Assembly (NCBI GenBank): GCA_043228905.1
Contig: JBHGNT010000005.1
Span: 5,146,001 to 5,210,000, forward strand
DNA length: 64,000 nt
Direction: 5' to 3'
From: Azolla caroliniana
Lineage: Eukaryota; Plantae; Polypodiophyta
In this document: positions 1 to 10,064 of the stretch, in pieces
Numbering within the stretch: the stretch's first letter is position 1
Layout: the number at the start of each line of letters is the position of its first letter
Position numbers and translations under genes: made by a program
Notes under the pieces: model-generated
Databases searched by the model: none
What the model was told of the DNA's origin: nothing
Seen by the model: only the letters and a program-made list of their open reading frames with translations

Positions 1-614
1 GGGTACAAACCAAGGACAATATCTCCACTATAGTTAGAACACTTGTTTTCAATGATACCATACGAAAAATTGTAGGATCATGCATCTTAGACAAGATATA
101 TGCATGGCATGATGCTACTTGAGGCAGTTAAACACATTTGAACTAATGAAAACCCTAGTTTACGAGAAAACAAATTAACCAACCATGCCATTCTATGATT
201 TAACATTGTGATCTAATGAAGATTTACCTATCCCACAATATGAAACTAACTAAAAAATATTCCTATGTTGCATTCATGCTATATATGATCATGAGAAAAC
301 CACACGACACACTGACATCTCTTAACCATGTGACCATATTGAGAAAATGCTTAGCATGATACTTCTTAGGAGTCGACAAGATGTCATAAGCCACAATGTG
401 AAACACGAGCTTATGGCTTCACATTGTCATTCAGACCAATTCAATCTAACCTTTTAAGTGTTTGATAAATTTGGTGTTGTTCAAACTTTAAGGTTATGGG
501 TTCCTCTCAATCAATATAAACTCTTTATTTTTATAGTCTAACAAATTGGCCCTAAATAAAGGATCTAAAATATCACTTTACACAATTGGACTTTGGGAAA
601 TGATGGCAATCCCA

Positions 615-654
<40 letters not shown>

Positions 655-2262
655 TTATGCAACGATTGATCACATGCATGAGGAGGAAGAAAGAAAGCAA
701 AGGGGCCCTCTTGATGAGTGCTTACAAAGAAGGGAAGTTCACCTATGCTCATAGGTAGCTTAAGTCCAAAACTCTTTTATTTTTGTTTATACTTCATACT
801 TCCATTGATTCACCTCGACCAAGTATTACAAGAGTTTCATGTCCATTGTTGGGTCTCATGTGCCATTACAATAGTCCATTTGCAAATTTTAATTTGCTCT
901 CTTCCCTCAAAAGTTTAGCCTTGTGCTCTCGTCCCCGTTTTTGTAGATGTATTGTTTTTGAAAGCCTAATTTGAAAAGTACTCCATAAAGTCTTACAACT
1001 AGGCCACGAAAAGCTATATGACAGTAGCCTTTCACACTCACACCGATTCTAATTAGTCTTTCTTTATGAATAGCACATGGCATTTATAGTGGTTGGTGAT
1101 ATTTCAGCTTATTGATAAACTTTTTAGACATACATATGTATGCACTAATTCTTCTCCCAAATTGGGGTTTAAAGGTTAATTCATCACTAATCACGTAACA
1201 CTTCGTGCGTATGTCTGTTTTCTTTTGCTTGCCCTATTCCATTTTTCCATGACATTTGGCCCTTTATACGTGGCTTTGGTCTGTTCGGTTAGGTACATTT
1301 GGTTTTAGGTTCAAAAGTCTTCACTCATGGGTTTGTGCAACGTCTTTCGAAAGAGAACCTCTTTTCCCTTCAATTTCGTCAAGATTTCGGATCGGGGTCT
1401 CGTCAATGTTGATATTTTCTTCCTCAGATGGGTAGCTTTACCAATCGTTCCTCCTCGAAGGAGAGAACATGTAATGTAATGTTATTTATTTATTTGTTTT
1501 TATCCCATGCCTTTCCAACATGGATTTGAGGTTAAAAGTAATGGATGGGTGAAAGGGGTTTCACCGACAGTTCTTCCTTCTCTCCTTCTCCTAAAACTTC
1601 GAGTTTAGGGTAAATGTATTGGATGGGTTTCACCGGCATTTCTTCCTTGGGGGTGTGGGTGGGGTTGCGAGTTCGAGCATGCTGCTGCACACATGTATCC
1701 TCTGTCTCGGCATCATTCATCGGAAACCCTAATCTTCTCCAGACCTATGTGGAAGAATCGAGCACTTTGTCGAGAGGTTCTAGGAGGGGGGGGGGTAAAT
1801 TTATGGGTGAGAGAGACTTGGAAGTGGGATTTGTGTGTGTGAAAGTAGGTCTTGGTTGAGTGAAGAAGTAAGTAAAAGAAAAACAAAAAAGGCTGGCGAA
1901 TTAGGGTTTTGATTTTGGGCTCTTTAATTTCAGAAATTTTTGGCCTTTGGTGGGGTTTGGAAATTGGTGAAACCCCCCCCAACATTTAAAGAATTAAATA
2001 AATAAAATAATAAATAATCAGATTTTCTTCCCCCCCCCCCCCCCCACCCCTTCTTTTCTGATTAAAGGGATGGACAAGAGGAGGGCTCACACCGACATGG
2101 ACCATTTTTATTTATATTATTTATTTATTGATTAAAGTTTTTATTTTATGAGACAGGTCAGCTGCTCTTCTTCTTCTTCTTCTTCTTCTTCTTCGTCTCC
2201 CTTCTTCTTCATCTGCTCTCTCCTTCTCTGTCTTCATCTTTTTTCTTCTTCTTTCTTTTCAT

Positions 2263-2302
<40 letters not shown>

Positions 2303-2442
2303 CTCAAAGCTTTAAAGCTTTGCTTTACTTACATTCATCACACAGAAAGAAAAAGCATAAGAACAGGAAAAAAGAAACTCGTCTTCTACACAACCTCCCC
2401 TGCCACTGACAACACCTTCAATGTAAGTCTCTCCCCTCCCCC

Positions 2443-2474
<32 letters not shown>

Positions 2475-2939
2475 GTGTTTGAATCTTTCTCTCTCACTCT
2501 TGCCTTTCTTCATCTTGATCCATCTCGACACTCTAGATCTACCTTGTTTTACCCTCCTCCTCTTGTTCCTTCTCTTTCTCCTGTCTGGAGAGAGATGCTC
2601 TGTTTCTACGCAAGATCTTGGTATTAAAAAGGCAGTAATTTACCTGTTTTTTTTGGCCTACATATTGTCCGTTTCTCTTGGAACTCAGCATCCCCCTGTG
2701 TCTAGGTCAGAAAAGATTCTGTTTCGGATCAATATAATCTGGGTCTTAAATGCTCTGCTCCTCGGGCAACAGTCCCTGTTTTTATGTCAAAAGCAATTTC
2801 TGGGGAAATGCCTCTAGTCTCGTTTGAGTAAATCCCGTGTATTATTAGTATTTCATCAATCATCGCCATTATCAAATTATCTCCGTCTTTCTGTGGGGAA
2901 GACCCTGTGTCATTTCTTCTCAATTTCTGCAAAACAAAG

Positions 2940-4280
2940 ATGAGGGATAACATGAAGAAAGGAGTGCCGACAATGCGCTCGGCATCCAGCAATGCCCTTC
3001 GTGTCGGGCCATCCAGCAAAGGAAAACAGATCTACAAGACCCTAAACAACCTAAAAATCACATTACTTTGTGGATTTGTTACTATACTGGTCCTCAGAGG
3101 AACAATTGGCCTCGGTAGCATTGGGGTCCCTTCTCCAAATACTGACGATCTCGTGACCGATATGACTGCCCAAAACAACCCCGCCAATGGTCTCGATGCA
3201 ACACAAGAAGAAGAAGAAGAAGACCTTGATTCCGACATCGACCCCAATGCTACTTACACCCTAGGCCCCAAAATATTGGATTGGAACGAACAAAGAAGAG
3301 CTTTTCTTCTAGAGAATCCCGACCTCGAGAGATCGACACATGGGAAGCCTCGGATTTTGCTCGTCACCGGGTCTCCGCCGAAGCCTTGCGACAACCCCGC
3401 GGGGGATCACTACCTTCTAAAATCTATCAAGAACAAGATTGATTATTGCCGAGTTCACGACATTGAGATCTTCTACAACTTAGCTCACCTCGATGCAGAG
3501 ATGGCAGGGTATTGGTCCAAGCTTCCTCTGCTTCGGAAACTTATGCTTGCACATCCCGAGGTCGAATGGATATGGTGGGTTGATAGTGATGCCATGTTTA
3601 CTGACATGGTGTTTGAGCTACCTTTGGAGAAATACAAGAACCACAATTTTATCTTGCATGGATGGGAGAAAGAGGTATACGAGAAGCACACATGGGTCGG
3701 TCTCAACACGGGAAGCTTATTGCTTCGGAATTGCCAATGGTCGCTTGATATGCTTGATGCTTGGGCACCCATGGGTCCTAAAGGGGCAATAAGGGAAGAG
3801 GCAGGGAAAATCCTAACGGAAGCGTTAGAAGGTAGACCCGCATTCGAAGCCGATGATCAATCAGCTCTCATCTATCTTCTCATTACACAACGTGATTTAT
3901 GGGGAGACAAGGTTTATCTTGAGAACTCATATTATTTGCATGGATATTGGGTTGCAATTGTCGAAAAGTATGAAGAGAACATGGAGAAGTCTCACCCTGG
4001 ATATGGTGATGAGAGATGGCCATTCGTTACTCACTTTGTTGGATGCAAGCCATGTGGTAGCTATGGCGATTATTCAGTCGAACGATGTTTGAAGCAAATG
4101 GAAAGATCATTCAACTTTGGTGATAACCAAATACTTCAAATGTATGGATTCGAGCATAGGACATTGGGCAGTTTCAAGGTAAAGAGAACAAGGAATGATA
4201 CCAATCGGCCAATAGATATCGAAGATTCCCTTAGCCTTCTACATCCAAAGTTTGGCCAAGCTATAATGAACTCTCTTTGA
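2940..4280 (+). CDS. XXT: Glycosyltransferase family 34, xyloglucan 6-xylosyltransferase (XXT3/4/5-like), intronless CDS
   Basis: 446-aa ORF from the first ATG at 2940. Type II TM segment KTLNNLKITLLCGFVTILVLRGTIG, acidic stem, LLVTGSPPKPCDNPAGDHYLLKSIKNKIDYCR, DxD motif WWVDSDAMFTD, FEADDQSAL and WPFVTHFVGCKPC are all recognisable GT34/XXT motifs. Confidence 0.95.
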   Translation: MRDNMKKGVPTMRSASSNALRVGPSSKGKQIYKTLNNLKITLLCGFVTILVLRGTIGLGSIGVPSPNTDDLVTDMTAQNNPANGLDATQEEEEEDLDSDIDPNATYTLGPKILDWNEQRRAFLLENPDLERSTHGKPRILLVTGSPPKPCDNPAGDHYLLKSIKNKIDYCRVHDIEIFYNLAHLDAEMAGYWSKLPLLRKLMLAHPEVEWIWWVDSDAMFTDMVFELPLEKYKNHNFILHGWEKEVYEKHTWVGLNTGSLLLRNCQWSLDMLDAWAPMGPKGAIREEAGKILTEALEGRPAFEADDQSALIYLLITQRDLWGDKVYLENSYYLHGYWVAIVEKYEENMEKSHPGYGDERWPFVTHFVGCKPCGSYGDYSVERCLKQMERSFNFGDNQILQMYGFEHRTLGSFKVKRTRNDTNRPIDIEDSLSLLHPKFGQAIMNSL

Positions 4281-6499
4281 AAAAGAATCCGTGTAATAGG
4301 AAAGCTAGAAATGTGGGCAATTCCAATGAGGAGTTTTGAAGAAGAGGCTAAATATCAACTTCCTTTTTATTATAAGGATCAGATTGGTTTAGCTTCTCCT
4401 TCACCATTTCCACATTCGTTTCGAAGGTCTTTTCCTTCTTCCTCTTCTTTGTTGTTTTTCCCTTTATGCTAACTAATGGGCTCTCATATCTTACAGCATT
4501 TTTACAGTCAGTATTTTTTAACTTGTAATGAAGTTATAAAAAAATTTGCATTCAAAAGTTTTTGTAACTTTAGTTCTATGGGATGATAATCCATTATATA
4601 TATATATTTGTTGTGCTAAGATTATTGATTGATTCAGTTGATTATGGATTTGTCTTATAAAAATGTAAATTTTGTTAAGAGTCACATTGACATTTAAAAT
4701 TGAATGGTTGTCTCCAGAAACCATAGTTGTGGTTAGAGAAAGCGAAAACTATTAATGTTGTCGAGAGAGAACAGAATGATGTTTGTGGTTGATATCGTAA
4801 ATTAATAATACTAAGCTAGTGTTGTCAAGTGCATAAAAAAGGATGTAAGGCCACTGTTGGTTTGGTTTGTTCGTGAATAGGTGGTTTTGTACTTGGAACG
4901 ATACAAAAAAACTCTGCATCCTGTTTTCCTTCTTGCTCCCAACTTGTTTATGGTTGGTGTGATGTGTTAAGGCACTTCAAATGAACTTTGGTATGATTTT
5001 GAATGGTGTTATGAATAGTGTCATGTTGACTTTTGGTCGAGTAAAATCTTGTGACTTTCACATGTGAAATACTTTCCTCAATCATGACTTATGGGCATAT
5101 GTTTGGTTTCTTTGCAAAAATGGGAGAGAATACATGTTCTTTCCTTGCAAATGGTGGTTTCAAAGCCCAAGGCAAGCAACATTTAAGAATGTAAAATATT
5201 TGTAAATAGTATTATTGGTATATGTACTTTTTCGTTCATTTTTGCGAAATGGTGTACATTTACGTCAACCTGAACCAAGATGTTTGGAAACCTACAAAGG
5301 ATCACATCTGGACCCCCCTAATCACTTATTGTCATTGCCATGCCATTGAGAGCCAAACAAGCAATCACTCTTGTTTGAACTTGCGACCACGGCTAGGCCA
5401 TTGAAAGTGGAGCGTGCGAAATTTATGTTAAGGGATGTTGTTGATTGTGGAGGTTGTGAGCTTGAATGTACAACAAGAGCCACTATTCAATGCCTTGTGA
5501 AATGTTCACTTTTGATTTTAGGTTATATTTGACCTCCGAGGACAACAATGAAATCTATCTATCTCTATACCTAGACAATGAAATCTATCTATCTCTATAC
5601 CTAGACGTAATTTTCTCACAATCACAAAGCACAATCTCAAATGTAGAGTTCATTTATAAATTCTTCAATTTCGAGATCACTTATAAACTTTGTATGTATG
5701 ATATGAAATCCAAGGATAATTATAAAATCTACTTGCCCATCTATTTATCTTTGCCACAATATTTGGGATGTAGATGGTTTAATTACAAGTACTGTTTGTG
5801 TACACAAACTATAATTTAGTAAGTGTTTAGTTTATTTGGTTTGTTTTTAATGGTGTACATTGTCGTTAGTTCATATATTTTAAATTATGTGATTCAGATC
5901 TATTGCTACATGGTGACTCAAAAAGTGAGGTTACAACTTTCTAGTTTCATGAGAATCTTTGTGTAATTTAATAGGTTCTATAAAATTTTCATTTACAATT
6001 GTTTAACATAATGTTACTTAAATTTATGACATATAGCTTCTAGCACATGTATCATAACTTTGTTGAGAATAGGTAAAGAAATAAAATTATGAAAAGTGTA
6101 CGGTATAGTGGGTTGTAATAAGCTGTGCGATTTAACGATGCTTGTCTCCTCTTGTGTCATTTCTCAACCAGACAATGAATCTTTTGCGGTTTGAGATATT
6201 TCATTAGACTCTAGGGGCATGTTTCACTTTGCCAATGGTAACAATTGTGGAATCTTGTCAAAAAGAGGAGTCAACCAAATCAAGAAAATCAAGATGGGGG
6301 GGTTAGATAGAACTTATACTTACCAATAGTCTAATTCATGGAGGAATCTATTTGTCCATTGTGAAGTTGAACAATATCAAAGGGAAGAAGAGAAGAGGGA
6401 AATAAGAGAAAACTAGTGGTATTGAATACGTCGAAAACTGGTGTTGAATCAAAATGGTTCATTGATGACTAGAGCACCTGCTTATATAGCATGGTGGGA

Positions 6500-6692
6500 T
6501 TCGTGATTAAATGGTTCAGTTTGGTTTCAACTTTTCCTTAAATAGTTTGTTTGAATGGATTAGGTTTAAATGACTTGGTAGTTCTTATAGGGTTGGTTTA
6601 GTTTTTGTTATGTATAAATAGTTTGAGTCAATTTGGTTTGGTTTCAAGACCAAGAAATAGAACTAAACCAAAACCAAATCAGCCCATACGTA
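6500..6692. mobile_element. Partial copy of an AT-rich AAACCA/GGTTT-repeat MITE-like element
   Basis: Dense GGTTCAGTTTGGTTT / AAACCAAA motifs, with similarity to the reverse complement of 9510-9680. Confidence 0.55.
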
Positions 6693-7579
6693 TGTGCCAT
6701 ATTCTTAGTGAATCAATCCACATATTGAGATAGACTTCCATGGACTGTTGGAAACTAACAGGGTTGCAGTAACCCATTTGGTTGATGTCGAGGACTGTTT
6801 GACTGATAATATGCATCACAACTACAAATGTAGCCCTCAATGATGTTGCGAAGTTGTGGCCACAAATATCTTTGAGAAACTAACTGTGAAGTCTTGTAGA
6901 CCCAAAATCTCTAGCCATTGGCATGTCATGGCAGTGTTGCAAAACTTGGAGTCAAGAACTTCTATCAGGAACATATAATAATTTATTTCAAAACAGCAAA
7001 TCATCGTGCCAGTTGCACTTATTATAAATTTTGTGAGAACTCTTTAACGTCGAACGTTAAACAAGAAGCATGGTTTGGAACAAATTATACGATTCAAGAA
7101 ATCTTGCGAAAATTCATATGCAACGAGATAACTATGGATGGAATCAATAATAGTTGAATTTGTGGCTAGCGTTTTTTAAATGCTCGTTACCATCAATTAT
7201 AAACAATGAAGACCCATGAGAATCTGCATTTCATGGTCAAAATTAGGATCTCCTAGATGAGGTATCATATAGGAATGTCGAGATAGAGTATCTTCATTTA
7301 TTTGTTGTATTAATGGTGATCACAAAATCAAAATGTGCAAGAAGTTGTAGCCCATGAGCTATCATTGACGCAAGACCTAAGCATTCTGGAAATACGTAAG
7401 GTTACTATCATTGATCATTATAGACAATGATATGGTGAGGAAAACCTCCCAAGAGGTGGCACCGATATTCAAAGGAATCTATTAATAAGTAGGTAATTAA
7501 CTAAGAGTAAATTAGTATCTAATTATGTGAGTAATTAATCAAGGACGTGATTAACCAAAAGAAGACTATGTGATATATG

Positions 7580-7582
<3 letters not shown>

Positions 7583-7644
<62 letters not shown>

Positions 7645-7645
7645 G
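7583..7645. repeat. (GT)n(GA)n compound microsatellite inside the copia 3' LTR
   Basis: Direct reading. Confidence 0.95.
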
Positions 7646-8045
7646 CGGGGAAGTTACACTTATGAACAATACAATGAGGGATGATTAACACAAATCTAGC
7701 TTAAAGACCGTTCTCTATATTAATAAACATCCAATTACAAAAATACTTATAATGAGGTATATATACATCTCATGTAGAAGGGTGCACATGTGAGAGGAGA
7801 ATATAGGTACAAGGATATAACTCCTATATTAAATGAACTTGCTAGTGGGGGATCTAGAAAGTATCCCACTTAGTACAAGATACAAAATCTTATTTAAGGC
7901 TTTAGAGTCAACTTACTAACTAGATCCTATCTATGAACTACTAAGTTACATGGTTGACTAAATGACTAAATCTAGTTGCGCTTGGTATGTCAACATGCCC
8001 CCTCAAGCTTAAGTGTGAGGTTCAATAGGCGGCGATGGTTGGCTA

Positions 8046-8782
8046 TCCGGTTTAATTGTTTGGGTTGTCCGACCTCAGGTCCAGCTTTCGGCATGCGACT
8101 CATGTTAGCTCTTGTCCGGCTTCCGGCTTTCGACTTGCTTCCCACCCCCTCAACCTTGAGATGTCGAGTGGTTGAAGGCCGAGTGCCATCGAAAATGGTT
8201 GAATACTATCCGCTCTATGTCATGACATAGTCCGGCTTAATTGTTTGGCTTGTCCGACCTCGGGTCCAGTTTCGGCATGCGACTCATGTTAGCTCTTGTC
8301 CGGCTTCCGGCTTTCGACTTGCTTCCCACCCCCTCAACCTTGAGATGTCGAGTGGTTGAAGGCCGAGTGCCATCGAAAATGGTTGAATACTATCCGCTCT
8401 ATGTCATGACATAGTCTGGCTTAATTGTTTGGCTTGTCCGACCTCGGGTCCAGTTTCGGCATGCGACTCATGTTAGCTCTTGTCCGGCTTCCGGCTTTCA
8501 ACTTGCTTCCCACCCCCTCAACCTGGAGATGTCGAGTGGTTGAAGGCCGAGTGCCATCGAAAATGGTTGAATACTATCCGCTCTATGTCATGACATAGTC
8601 CGGCTTAATTGTTTGGCTTGTCCGACCTCGGGTCCAGTTTCGGCATGCGACCCATGTTAGCTCTTGTCCGGCTTCCGGCTTTAGACTTGCTTCCCACCCC
8701 CTCAACCTTGAGATGTCGAGTGGTTGAAGGCCGAGGGCCATAAAAAATGGTTGAATACTATCCACTCTATGTCACAACATAG
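8046..8782. repeat. Tandem array, four copies of a ~184-bp unit
   Basis: Anchor TTAATTGTTT at 8052, 8237, 8421 and 8605; units nearly identical. Confidence 0.97.
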
Positions 8783-9244
8783 TGACATCAAATATGTAGT
8801 TAGTGAGGATTGAACCCACAACCTCACATCTACAAGACGTCATGCTCAACCATTTGGATATGAGCATGTATTTGTATATAATAGAATATTCTAGTATATA
8901 TACATTCCAGAATATTCTAGAGCCTTTTGTGTATTCGAGAAATATTCTATGGTGTATTCTAGACGGGTATATTCTAGAGATACTCAATCTCAAAACTTGT
9001 ATAAATACTTGTAACCTCCCTGGTCCCTTTCAAGGGATTCAACATCAATCATTGACACATCAATCTAGTATTCTCGTTCTGCCTCATCTTTGTCTCCTTG
9101 ATGTTTATTTCTGTCTTCACGCCTTAATGTCGCTCACAACATCTAGAGTTCCTAGCCTCGTCACATCTAGCTCCAAGTTCATCTGTCGCTTGTAGCCCCA
9201 TCATTTGTGCTCCGTCCTAGTCCGCGTTTGTTGTGTCTGTGACA
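8770..9244 (+). mobile_element. Solo LTR with an antisense tRNA-like segment near its 5' end
   Basis: TGTCAC...GTGACA termini; perfect TSD CTCTA (8765-8769 / 9245-9249); TATAAATA ~9000. It interrupts the copia RNase H C-terminus and is homologous to 62769-63183. Confidence 0.9.
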
Positions 9245-9496
9245 CTCTAAGCACTTTGATGAAGGATATCAACCGCTTGTCGATCAGTGTCGACGTGCTG
9301 GAGATCGATGTCTCCCGCGATGATGTGTTCCCAAACATAGTGATAGTGCACCTCAATGTACTTTGTTCGGGCATGGAAGATCAAGTTTCAGGCTAGTTGT
9401 ATGCTACTCAGATTGTCGCAGTAGATACAGACCCGTTCATCAACCAATTCAAGTCCTTCAACAACCACTTTAGCCAAATTGCTTCACAAGTGGCTA

Positions 9497-10064
9497 AGGC
9501 TAGCAATGGGCCATGTTCGGTTCAGTTTCTTTGCCTTGAAACCAAACCGAACTGAAACAAACCATTTATATAAAACAAAAACCAAACCAAATTGTTTATT
9601 AACTTTCAAGCCATTAAACCAAACTATTTAAACCAAAACCATTTAGGGAAAAGTTGAAACCAAACCGAGCCATTTAATAAAAAGTTTAAATAAATAAAAA
9701 TAAACTAAATTAAATAAGCATTTATGTTTAATTAATTAATTAAAGAAATAAGCATTAATTAAGCCATTAGATTAAATAAACATTTAGGTTAAGTGAATTA
9801 AATCAATAAAAAACATTAATTCAACCAATAAATTACATAAACATTTAAGGGAAGTTAGCTCAAAAACCTATAAACCTTTAAACCAAACCACTTAAACCTA
9901 TAAACCAATAAACCCCAGTTTCAGAACCAAATTGAACTAAAACTGAACCGTTTATTAATAATTAAAACTAAACCAAACCATTTAATTATTTTGGAACTTA
10001 TAAAACTTTAAACTTGGATTAACGGTTTGGCTTAGTTTGTGCCGAAGCCAGGCCCATTGCTAAG
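9497..10064. mobile_element. AT-rich MITE-like non-autonomous element inserted at TA in the copia RNase H
   Basis: Inverted repeat TAGCAATGGGCC (9501-9512) / GGCCCATTGCTA (10051-10062); TA on both flanks; removing it restores EYRGMAIATCEA; internal AAACCAAACC repeats. Confidence 0.85.

Noticed and set aside
1724-1909. Telomere-like AAACCCTAA / TTAGGGTTT motifs
   Set aside because: Single telo-box copies are common near plant 5' regions; this is not an interstitial telomere array.
8046-8782. Regular repeat array as a CRISPR-like locus
   Set aside because: Whole 184-bp units repeat with no unique spacers; the unit derives from copia sequence; the context is eukaryotic.
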